The translations under genes and the position numbers were made by a program. 64,000 bases of DNA from Geosiphon pyriformis uo1. Taxonomy: Eukaryota > Fungi > Glomeromycota. Where the stretch lies: assembly GCA_016748015.1 (NCBI GenBank), contig JAAOMT010000128.1, positions 7,538 to 71,537 on the forward strand, written 5' to 3'. The notes under the pieces are model-generated. The model was given only the letters and a program-made list of their open reading frames with translations, searched no databases and was not told where the DNA came from. Shown here in pieces: positions 27,331 through 42,306 of this stretch. Numbering within the stretch: the first letter of the stretch is position 1; the number at the start of each line of letters is the position of its first letter.

Positions 27331-27934
27331 CAGAGGGTGTCCAAAAGTTTCCGAACAAACTTTGGAGTAACATTCCACATGCTTGAATAATTAGAAAAGC
27401 ACGAGTTTATTACTAAATTAAGTTAGTTAATTATTTAATTACGCGTTTTTTATTTTTTAAACACGCGTGTATAATGTTTTTTCGCGACGCGCATAATCGA
27501 TTTTATTCATACTCGTTTTTTTATAAAAATGAAATGTAACGCGCATATAAGATTTTTTCGTCGTTTTTATTAAAACGAAATGGGAGCAAAAAAAGAATTA
27601 ACGATTGCTCAACGTAATACTATATGCTTATTACAACAGCATGGCAAGAAATATCGTGATATTGCCAACATAGTCAATTGCAGCTTGACAACAGTTTCGG
27701 ATACAATAAAACGATTTAAAGAAACTGGTTCAATTGATTCAAGACCTCGTTCAGGACGTCCACGTTTATTTACTCACCAAAAATATCGCCGACTTAAACG
27801 TTTAGTAACACTTAATGGAAAAATTTAGAAAATCACTAAAATTATAAATATGTTGTTTATTTTGGTTTATTTTATAAAAAAATAAATATTATTGTTAAAT
27901 AAAATCTTGTTCGGAAACTTTTGGACACCCTTTG
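27331..27934 (+). mobile_element. Internally deleted Tc1/mariner element (604 bp) with 28-bp TIRs and TA TSD
   Basis: TIR CAGAGGGTGTCCAAAAGTTTCCGAACAA at 27331-27358 and its inverse at 27907-27934 (1 mismatch); flanked by TA on both sides. Confidence 0.93.
27580..27828 (+). CDS. Truncated Tc1 transposase: N-terminal HTH DNA-binding domain only (82 aa)
   Basis: MGAKKELTIAQR...YRDIANIVNCSLTTVSDTIKRFKETGSIDSRPRSGRPRL matches the paired-like HTH plus GRPR motif; no DDE domain inside the TIRs. Confidence 0.8.
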   Translation: MGAKKELTIAQRNTICLLQQHGKKYRDIANIVNCSLTTVSDTIKRFKETGSIDSRPRSGRPRLFTHQKYRRLKRLVTLNGKI

Positions 27935-28291
27935 TAGAATAATACTTAATGGCTAACAGTTTGGCTGTATTAGACAATACACATTATTTATTTAGGATAT
28001 TTATAAGGCTATTGCTAAAGTGCATTAAAAAGCAGGTTCTGGTTCCAGAATTGTTACTAACTCTCTTGTTTGTAATATTAATTGAGTTTAGACAGCTTTG
28101 GTTTAATACTCTGATTTTTATATGCTTGTTGATTTTACTAACAGATCTATAGCCAATCTTAGAACTTATATAATAAAAGCCATTTACACAAGGCTCTTAG
28201 TTGCTGTTTATAAGAAACTATAACAGGTTTTATTTTGGTATTTTTTGCTTATTTTGTAAGGAGATAGAATTTTCAGATCATTTTTTTATAT

Positions 28292-29258
28292 TGTTACTAA
28301 AGATTTTTGGTTTCTTTTCTTAAATATTGTTAATGCTTGTTTGTTGTAAATTCATATTTTCTGAAAGTAGTTGAATTTCTAATAACTGAATTTTATCTTT
28401 AAATTATTTTTTATAATTTAAACTGCTGGACTTATAAGTAAAATAGCCAATTTTATGCCAGTTACTTTATTTAGTTATATTATAGTAAATATTAATTCTT
28501 TCTTAGAAATTGCTTATTTAAAAGCTTACTAAAATATGTAGTTACTTTGCTGTAAAAATCAATTCTTTTACAGAAATTTTGTTTGTAGACTACTTTAATA
28601 ATTATAATAAAAAAAGAAGAAAAATATAAAAAAAATATAAAAAAAATAAAATTTTGTTAGGAGAATTATTTTCTGATCCAGGCCTAAAGTTACTAATGGT
28701 TTACTAAAATTGGTAGTTAATTAATTTCAAAATATTAGTTGGATTTTGGGGAATTTTGAATGTAATTATTTCAAAATTGGTTTTTAAAGTTTATTTTTAT
28801 TTTGAATTTATACTGTAAAATAATTCTAAGAAAAAATAAAATAAGATATTTATGTTAAGATAGATTTTTTTAAAAAGAAAAGCTTTTCTTTTATACAAAT
28901 TGTTGTAATACTAATCTATGAACTTGAACTTTTCTTTTTGCTATAATTTTGACAAACCAAAGATATATTTTAATAAACTACAAGTTATTTTATCAAACTA
29001 TTAACTATTTTAATAAATTATCTATTATTTTGGTAAATTTATGCAAATTTTAGTAAATTCTTGAATATTACGTAATTCAAAGTATTGTGTTATTCTAATT
29101 TCTTTTATACAAATCAAGTTATTAATTGAATAATAATATTCAATAATTTAATTAAGTAATAAATAATAATTGAAATGATATTAATATTTGCTAATTAATA
29201 ATAAAAATTATAAAGATAATTTCATGCTAATTTAATGGCTAAAATTTCACTAATAACA
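28292..29258. mobile_element. Solo LTR (967 bp)
   Basis: Begins TGTTACTA and ends TAATAACA; 4-bp TSD ATAT (28288-28291) / ACAT (29259-29262), differing by one transition. Splits the host LINE zinc-finger codons; the right part matches 1-372. Confidence 0.8.
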
Positions 29259-29559
29259 ACATGTTTAGAAAATACAAATTGGCGAAAAAGTTTGATTATA
29301 AGTCATGTTAAGTTTTGGTTATTATTGGTTAATGGTAAAATGTTTATGTTTTTTTTTATGTTTTTTTTTAATATATGTATATTTTAATAATTAATAATTT
29401 TTACTTAAAAATAATTTTGTAAAAAAGAATAATAACATAAAAATAACACAATTTTATTTTAATATATATATATATATATTATAACAATATATTTACAATA
29501 ATGTATTTAACAAATTGTTTTTTTATTATTATATTTATTATTTTTAACATAATTTATAA

Positions 29560-33230
<3,671 letters not shown>

Positions 33231-34041
33231 TTTTATTTTTTTAACTACTCAAAAGTCTACCATTATTATTATCTGCTTATTGATTTCCCCATTCATCAAA
33301 TTTTCTACTTTTACATCTCGGTTTTTTCTTTTGAAATTTTGCCTCTTCGCTATTGCTGTTACTATTATTGCTGCTGCTGCTGTTGCTACTACTGCTGCCA
33401 CTACTGATACTCTTGCTGTTCTTACGATTACTGTTGCTGTAAACTTTTCACACACACGTTCCTGTCGTGTTCCGCGTTGGGTCTTACTATTTATTGGTCT
33501 AACAAAAAAAAAAAAAGAAAAAAGTTTGTTATTATTGATCATCAGTTATTACTATCACCGTGATTTCTAATACTACCTGTCTGTTACTTGAAAATTTTAG
33601 TTACCCCGCACACGTTTGCATGTGCCTCTGGGAAAATTTAATCTAAAAAAGGAAAAGAAAAGTTTTCATTTTCATAAAGTAACTGTTTCTTCCTATTCTT
33701 TTTTCATGAAATTTCTCTTCATTTAATAATTATTCGAGTCATTTATCAAAATTTTCCGCTTTTCACTGTTACTGCTACTTCTACTTCTTCCAAAGAATCT
33801 TTATCCCATATTTGAAAGATAAAGAGAAGTTGCCAATACCGAATATCTTTTCTCGTTGATCACATTATAATCACTAAAAAAACTTTCAGATAACTCTTGT
33901 GAAATTGTGGAAAAAAGAAAAGAAATTCATCCTATAACCACAACTACCGCCGCCACCGCCACCACTAAACAACACTTTTTCTTTCACCTTCAACTTCACC
34001 TTCACCTTCATCTTTACCTTATCGCTATAACAAGAGAAAAT

Positions 34042-35532
34042 ATGGCTGATAATAAACCGTCAAATGGTATCAACCAATTATCAACCTCTGATACGGAATC
34101 CCATTCTGATCTAGATTCTCATTCTAATATCTCTACCTCTTCTTTCGACGAAGACCAATCAACCAGAAATATGCAAAACAGCAACGGTCACCATAAACAC
34201 GTTGAAAAACATGAAGTAATTGATGAAAACCCAAATAATAATACCTGTACCATTTCTGAATATAAGGAATCAAACGAGCCTGGAACCAAGAAAACCCACT
34301 CCGAGGAAACGAGACATCAATCAGCCTTGGTTGAAAACCTTTTTCAAATTCCTTTGCTCGCCGACTCTTTTCACTATGTTAATCAAACAAAGTATGGTGG
34401 TCTAGCGGTAAACGCTGCCGGCGCTACTTTAAACACCGTTTCGAAAATAACAGGTCCTGTTCAAGAACGTTTCCAACCACAAATTGAACAAATCGATTCC
34501 CTGGCCGCTAATTCCGTGAAAACTTTGGGTGATGCTGTTCCATTTTTAAGAACCCCAACAAACGACCTCCTTGAAAAGGTAACAACCCCCGCTTATCAAA
34601 CGATGGACACGGTAAAACATTATGGTGAATCAGTCACATCTCCAGTTTACTCAATCGCTCACACTGTATCCGACGTCTTGGAACACCATATCGCCTTACC
34701 CGCAAAACATTTGGCTCAAAATGTGGACGCTAAATTGGAACCGGTGGTCACCAAATTCAACACCCTAGTAGATTCCTACCTGCCTGGCGGCGATGATTCA
34801 ACCGAAGAAGAATCGGAACAACAGGAACAACCCAATTTTTCACAGACTCATCGGGCTATTAACACTACATGGAAAGCTCAACGACGTCTATCTCGTTTGG
34901 TGAAAAGTCGTATCAACAGTACCCAAAGTTATACTGCCGATCAAATTAAACAGACTCAAGTTCTCCAAAGAGGTGGTGAAATGATCAATCAATTGAATGC
35001 AAAAGTGCTTGAAATTTATAATGCCACAAAAGATAATGCCAGTCAATTGAAAGATACTGTTCAAACCCAAGAAATCGGTACCACTCTTCATGCACGTTTG
35101 AATAGCATCGCCGAAATCATACTTGTGGAATTGGAAAAAGGCGGAGATATTCCAAAAGCTGTACAAAAACGCCTCACTGAACTTGCTCAAATTTTGCTCG
35201 AAACTACAGATTCGATCGCTAAATACGTTAAAGAAAATACGACACACTTTCCGGAAACTCTTCGACTTACTCCAATGGTTGAATTCTTTAACGATCGTTA
35301 CCAAACCGTCATGGAAGAAGCCAGAAAGGAAAATACCTCGCCCATGGATAAAGCAAGAAATATCGCTCTAGTCACCAAAGATCAAACTTTGCCAATTTTA
35401 GAAAATGCCCTGAATGAATTTCAAAAATCTTTTACATCCTATAGTTCCACCGTTTCCAGTAGGTTCGCGACCACCACTAACATCATCAAGGAACAACTAA
35501 ACAATACTGCCAGAACTTTAGGCGTAATGTAA
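34042..35532 (+). CDS. Perilipin/CAP20(MPL1)-like lipid droplet protein, intronless, 496 aa
   Basis: First ATG of the 541-codon ORF. The segment LVENLFQIPLLADSFHYV...IEQIDSLAANSVKTLGDAVPFLRTPT resembles the PAT domain; amphipathic helical C-terminus. Family call is by motif recognition only. Confidence 0.7.
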   Translation: MADNKPSNGINQLSTSDTESHSDLDSHSNISTSSFDEDQSTRNMQNSNGHHKHVEKHEVIDENPNNNTCTISEYKESNEPGTKKTHSEETRHQSALVENLFQIPLLADSFHYVNQTKYGGLAVNAAGATLNTVSKITGPVQERFQPQIEQIDSLAANSVKTLGDAVPFLRTPTNDLLEKVTTPAYQTMDTVKHYGESVTSPVYSIAHTVSDVLEHHIALPAKHLAQNVDAKLEPVVTKFNTLVDSYLPGGDDSTEEESEQQEQPNFSQTHRAINTTWKAQRRLSRLVKSRINSTQSYTADQIKQTQVLQRGGEMINQLNAKVLEIYNATKDNASQLKDTVQTQEIGTTLHARLNSIAEIILVELEKGGDIPKAVQKRLTELAQILLETTDSIAKYVKENTTHFPETLRLTPMVEFFNDRYQTVMEEARKENTSPMDKARNIALVTKDQTLPILENALNEFQKSFTSYSSTVSSRFATTTNIIKEQLNNTARTLGVM

Positions 35533-37843
35533 TTAGTCTTGTTTATTTTATTTTTTACCTTTTATACCCCGTGTTGTCTTTGAACGATTTTGATTGGTTG
35601 GAGAAGATTTATCAATCGTCTACACTTTTTTGCGATAATTGTCATCATCATCATCATCATCATCATCATCGTTTCTCATACTGATTGGGGGAGAAAAGTT
35701 AGCCCAAGTTTTAAGTGCTCACCATCTCTCTCTCTCCTCTCCTCTATAGCTATTATTTTTATCATTAGAGCAAAATAGTCTTTCCTGTTCTCTACAACTT
35801 TTTTTGTAATTTTTGTTATTTTTCTTTCTGACCATTTTATTTCTTTATATATATATATAAATATATATAATGTATAAACCATTTTTGCCAATATCTTTGT
35901 TTTTTTTCACTATTATCAACATTATTCTACGCATCATCAAAAGTAAATACTTTAAATTTACTCCCAGGAGTGAATAACCAAAAACATATACTCTTGAGTT
36001 TCCTTAGTGTGAAAACACGGGTACATAGTCCGAAATTAGTATTTTTTGTATTAAACTACATCATCAAGAGAATGGTTTTTTTGTTACGTTTTATGGCTAA
36101 ATCCAAGAGGAATTAATGATTATTCTTTACATAAATGCGAAACAATAATTGATGCTTTTTTAAAGTGAAAGAATTTATTAAATTGTGGATTGACCACGTT
36201 TTGAGGTTCAGGATTATCATGATAGACCAACATGTCTCAGCATTGCTCCATATCGATCAAGCGCTATTTTCATCTCTATCCATAACAAGCTAACAATTCC
36301 GGCAACTGTACATCTTTCCACACCCAATTCTTCTGCCTTGTCAATCAGACGTTAACGTCTGGATAATGCGCACAGCATACTACTATATTTCTAACGGTTT
36401 TTCGTTTTTCAATTCACAATGTCCGATCCCTCAAAAGGGAGGAATGACAGTAGCATCAAATTCGTGAGTGAGAAATGCGATAGCCTTTCAGTACATTTCT
36501 GTCTGGAAGTGTAATACCTTTTGACACATGCACCCAATCCCCTTTTCTAATCTTCTATCTTAGCTTTCTTACGTTTTGAGGAGGTTATTAATTTATCTTT
36601 CTTGGAGCAAAGGTCATCCATAATTTTGCAGAGGTGAACAATACAACTGATTTCATAAGAGCATATTTTGTCTACACCTTTTGTTGGGAGAATACCATGT
36701 AAATGGAGCCTGATCATCCACTTGGGTTTCGTGGAATTGTCCTTGTATATACCGTAGACCCAGGCAAACGTCCACTTGTTGGTTTTTTGAGAATAGATAT
36801 GTTTTCCATTACATATGATTTGTGTGGATTAGGCGACTTGTTATTTTTACATTTTTTTTCGAAGTGGAGGCGTAAAAACGAAAAATTAAAAAAAAAACCG
36901 TAAAAAATTTATTATCTTTTACCTTGTGTCGATGTGCATATGTATATATTGCTAGACTGTAAAGGTAAGATACATGGAAGCGATTCCAAGGCAAGTCGGC
37001 AAAATTCTGAGCGCGAATTGTTATGGTGTGATACAGCGCCTTACGAAATTAAAAGATGATTGTTGATGCACCTTGTTATCACTGTGCATTAAATTTAATA
37101 ACTTCCTTTCGTGCAACCAATACTTTATAAATCGCTTCGTGGCAGGAGCTGACGGACGATGGCTCTGCAAAATTTTCTTTCACCCTAGATAGCCGAAACG
37201 TCATAGTTTAGCCATCCTTTTCCGTGATATCATCTTTTTTCATAATGATACGACCCCTTTTGCTCCATCCACCACAGTAATAAAGGCAAATCTCGCCAAA
37301 CCCATCCATCGCTTCAATAGCTGCTTTTGAGGGTGGTTGGGATACATCATGACTAGTAATGTGCACTTGAGGATGCTAGCAGCTCTTCTTTCGTGCATGC
37401 GGCAGACGAAGATCGTGTTGACGGCAAGAACATCCTGGAAGAGTTTGTGCTCGTTAGAGGTTGCATCGTCGAAGAGAAACACGAGTTTTCCAGAATGGAG
37501 GGAGAAGATATATTGAAGAAGGTCAAAGGCAAACAGCCAGAGTCAATCACAGTGGGTACCAGAGGTGGCGTTGGTGGTGGTATCAGAATATTGAAAAAGG
37601 TCAGGGATTTATTTTCGCGATTGTATGTAGTATTTTTATTGATATAATTTTTTCGGGAAATTACGCAATCAACTGGATTGTTTCCCAAAATTCTGCGGTT
37701 CGGTTAATTGTCACATGTTAATCAAAAAAATCCGGCTATCAGGCGCTCGTCGATCGATTCCTGGTTTTTAGCATTTATTAGGGCCATCTAATAAACGAAC
37801 ATCTTAATGAATAGTAGGGAACTAAGACCCTTTCAAAAACTAA

Positions 37844-39483
37844 ATGTCAAATACTATGCAAAGTAGTAGTTATTATGTCAACGGTTCGCGTCAGGTCGCA
37901 AAGAAAAAAGAAAAAACAAAGGAACTTTACACTAGACAAGAGTTAGTTGGTAAGGGTGCCTATGGTGCGGTATATAAAGGGTGAGTCGAGTTGTGTCAAG
38001 GTTTTAAAGGGAAAGGAAAAAGTGATCAAGATTCTTAAAGACGTGCTGCCTAAACATTGTTAACACACACACACCCATACACACTGGTTTTATTTCATTC
38101 CTTCTAAAACTCTCCAACTCTTCGTCCAGAATCGATAACGTCACACAAGAAGTTGTCGCGATCAAAGTTTTAAACTTGGACACCGAAGAAGACGATGTGG
38201 CCGATATCAGAAAAGAGTTGAACTACCTCTCACAGCTGAAACATAGCGAAACACAAAATATTACAAAATATTATGCGAGTTTTCTTCACGGCACCAAACT
38301 TTGGATTGTTATGGATTATGCGGCTGGAGGGAGCATTCGTGAACTCGTAAGCAAAAAAGCCACCATGAAAAATCACAATTTTTTAAAAAAAAGTTAATGA
38401 TCGATCAAGACTTGGGTTAATGTGGGTTTAATTATTATTTTTATTATCTTTATTATCTTTATATTTTATTTCACTCTCAATTCCATTTAGATGAAAGCTG
38501 GTCTCATCGAAGAGAAATATATTATGGTGATCACGAAAGAAGTATTACAGGCATTAAGTTATTTGCATAAATGTAAAATAATACATCGCGATATTAAGGG
38601 TAAATGTTGATTTTGATTTCTCTTTTATCCTGGCTATTTCAATTTTTTAATCGATACTTGGAATATTAATGCGTCTGCTTTCAATTTCTTGACGCAGCGG
38701 CCAATATATTGTTAACAGGAGAGGGAAAAGTACAAGTTTGTGATTTCGGTGTTTCTGGTCAGTTAACGGCTACATCTTCAAAACGTACCTCCTTCGTCGG
38801 TACACCGTATGTATGCTGTGCTGAAATAATTCAAGATTCGAGGAAATTTTTTTCATTTTTTGATGTTTTCTTCTTAGATATTGGATGGCACCTGAAATAA
38901 TGCAAGGATCACCTCACGACACAAAGGTTTGAATGACAAAATTTCCGACTCCCAGATCTTTTGCTTAAAAAGTTGTCGACAGTAACAACATTTAATCGGT
39001 TACTACGATTCTAGGCGGATATTTGGTCTTTGGGTATCACAGTTTACGAGATTGCCAAAGGAAATCCACCGTTTCATGAGTTACGCCCCGAGAGAGCAAT
39101 AGTGGTAATTCCAAGATCACCTCCCGCTAAATTGGAAGGGGACTTTTCGGTTTTGATGAAAGAATTCGTGGCTACATGTCTTAATGAATCTCCAGCTCAG
39201 GTGTTGTGCAAAAAACCCCTTTGATTTTCTATTTCGGAAAATCATATTGACCATAATTTTTAATATTTTAATTTTAAAAGCGTCCCACTGCAGAAGAATT
39301 AATAAAGACGAAATTTATCAGAGCTGCCGCAAAATTACCGAATGGTATTTTGCGAGATCTAAAGGTTAGATACGATCTATTTAAGCAAAACACCGGACAT
39401 CGACATTCGTTCTCTGACCCGTTCGGTACTCCCTCCAGGTAACGCGATGGTAACCTGATTCGGAATCTATTTTTTTAGTATTC

Positions 39484-39516
<33 letters not shown>

Positions 39517-41611
39517 TTATGGATTATTTTGGGTAAAGTAGTGAGAGTGAAGGGTTTGAAGGGGTTGATGATGACATGCAAGAGGACGATGATGATGCCT
39601 GGGTGTTTGAAGTAAGTGACTTTTGATTATGTTTCAATTATTTTTCCTTGACAAAAATATATTACATTAACACCATCTCTTTCGTCAATATCACATATGC
39701 AATCTTTTTCAAATTAAATTCATGCCTAGAAGACGATTCGCAGCACTAGTTCACAACATCGAAAATCACTTTCCGCAGGTAGCCTTCCAAATAATTCTGA
39801 CCAGTTATCACCGGTGCTAGAGTTGGATGAAAGATTTTCTAGCACAGATCCGAGAGCAGAATTTAGTAATAAGGAATTGAATTATGGCGTGGAACAAGAA
39901 GAGCGCACTGTGTTGGCTAGATTGAGGAATAATTCAATTGATAGTGAAGACTCAAATCTAGGAGGAAGAGGAGGAGGAGGAGGAGGATACTCAGCACCGA
40001 AAAAGCTCATGTTTCAACGAAAATTTTCTGAAGCCCAACATCCATTACTACAACTCTTTGATCCCGATATAAGATCATCGAATGAAAATAATTATTTTCA
40101 ATTCGAATCATCTCCGACTGGAACTTTTCTCTCACCGACCATATCAATGCCATCTGTTAGCGCTATGAATATCTTGACTCAATCCTCATCAGAAGATTCA
40201 ACATCTAGAACAATCGCAGGATTCTATAATCAAAATCAAAATTTTGATGATTCTACGTCATCAAAAGTAAAATCTACACCTGAAAATACCAACTCAAATT
40301 TTTTACGTTCTATTAGTTTTAATAAAAACATCAACCCCAGTAATAATAACTTGGGGGATCCTCAAAAATTACCGATCTCATCTTCAAGAACTAAAGAATT
40401 ACATTTAAAGGATATGCCTCGACCGGAAATTAAATTTCCTTCGTCCGATGATCTCTCATATTTAACATCATCAGCATCAGGAAATGAGAGTCAGAACTTT
40501 CCCAGTTCAAACGGTTTATTATCCCCCACAAATGTGTCCAGTCCTAGGGCTACCTCAAACAATGGAAGATTAGAAAATGATTATTTCTCCAGACATCGAT
40601 CTAGTTCAATATCAAACGATCCCGTTTCCACCTCGAACACAAATTATGAAAATTCCCATCAATCTTTATTATTATCCCCTCCAATATCCCCTAGCACCCC
40701 TAAATCGATCCCAATGAATATGCGACGAAAAGATAGCAACATGTCGCCACCTTCCAAGATGTCCTCATTCAACTCTGGTAATCCAATGACGCAACTCTAT
40801 TCTTCATCTTCGCCGGCACGTTCTTCTTCCCCCTTTTCATCATCCACTCGACCTTTACCCACACGCCATATGAGTTACGATACTCCGAATGATTCATCCG
40901 GAGGAGGAGGAGGAGGAGGAGGAGGCCCATCAATATTAAATAACAATAACGGACCTTTTAATAGAGGACCATCCTCAGCCGGTCGACAGCACCAATCTCA
41001 ATTTCCGAAACGTGTTCGGTCCGATACTACACTTAATACCGCGAATCGTACTAATGAGGAAGAAGCGTCTCAGATGCGGTCAAAACATCATCATCAGCAA
41101 GCTGATTCTAATGGTAGTTTCGGGGGCGAGCAAGGACCTGCTAAAAATACCCTTGGAGTACATGGAACAAGACAAAGAAGTATTAGTTTTGGAAATAATC
41201 AAAGTGTTCGGCTAAATTCAAAGGTATGATTTTCTTATACTTTATAATATATATATCTCGATAGATACAATTTCTCCTGGTCAAATATCAATACTCAAAA
41301 AAGTCCATAAATTTATCTAGTCGTCACCTTCCGAAGAAGATCCGTCAAGTCTCCTACCACCCTCACCATCAGCCTCAAAATTCAATGTAAATTCAGCCGC
41401 CGCCACAAATCCAAATCTAATCTCTCCAGTAAGAAACCTCTTCGCAGCACAAACATTATCAAAATCTGGGCCAGAACTTCGGCCCCTGAAAATCGATAAT
41501 TATCGTGCTATGAAAGAAGTTTATGAAGATTTATCAAAGACTGCAGACGATCTTGTACGATGGCTGGATTTACTAGAAGCTAGAATTAATGTACTTTTAA
41601 ATCGATTTTGA
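37844..41611 (+). CDS. KIC1: Ste20/GCK-family Ser/Thr kinase, Kic1/Nak1 (RAM/MOR network) type; multi-exon
   Basis: [68 protein letters not shown]; acidic stretch followed by WVFE-TIR; long Ser/Asn-rich tail; C-terminal LRPL...[11 protein letters not shown]. Stop TGA 41609-41611. Confidence 0.85.
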
Positions 41612-42306
41612 GAATGGACCATCTGGCGCTGAAAGCTGTAGATATTTTTCGTTTGAATATTTAATAAATAAATGTAATGTTTTAAATCCCATTATACACA
41701 AAGACTCCCTAATTATTTTTTTTGATAAATCAATAACAGTCCACGTGATGGATGCCTAGCATAATTAATGATTAGAGACTATTATTGATTTTTTGTATAT
41801 TCTTATTATTATTTTAACCTTTTATCTACATTGTTGTTGTGTATCAATAACTAAAACCTATAATCATTCATGTTATCAAATATTTCTGTTTAAGATATGC
41901 ATAATAGAAAAAAAATTTATATTAAATATTAAATCATTATTATTATTTAATTAATATAAAACTATATTGTTTTTTAATAATGAAAAAATAAATTAAAATA
42001 GTAACATAACGTCGGAGAAATCTTTATCCAAAACAGGGGTTAAATTTTTAGGTCAGTAAAAATTGGTTTTTGATAATTTGTGATTTACATTGGAGAGTTG
42101 GAACCTTTTATAAAGCCTAGATTGTCCTTCAATGTCTTAATTGAGGTTACCTGTTAGCGTCCAAGAATTGGAATTTAAAAGCTGAATTTTTGTACGTGGA
42201 AACCCTATTTTTGTTTATAAGAAGCTGAAAAATAAAGTATGTTAATTGGGACCCTGGGTATAAAGCTTACTTTAAAACATCTAAATATACAATATGTCGT
42301 ATTGCA

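Larger units (their letters stand above)
19650..29345 (+). mobile_element. Older, more decayed LINE of a different ORF1 subfamily, carrying three nested insertions
   Basis: ORF1 relics at 19824 and 21191 (LECSLKLLADQV matches LECSLEILADQV at 55703). ORF2 relics: APE 21866, RT 26196 (NIVSEFFKINNISIN), RNase H 26887 (IYTDSLL), zinc finger EFSDHFF/TCLE split by the LTR. Internal deletion near 26880. Boundaries approximate. Confidence 0.8.

Noticed and set aside
33907-34041. N-terminal extension of the perilipin-like ORF from GTG 33907
   Set aside because: Non-ATG start and microsatellite-derived sequence; ATG 34042 is more plausible.
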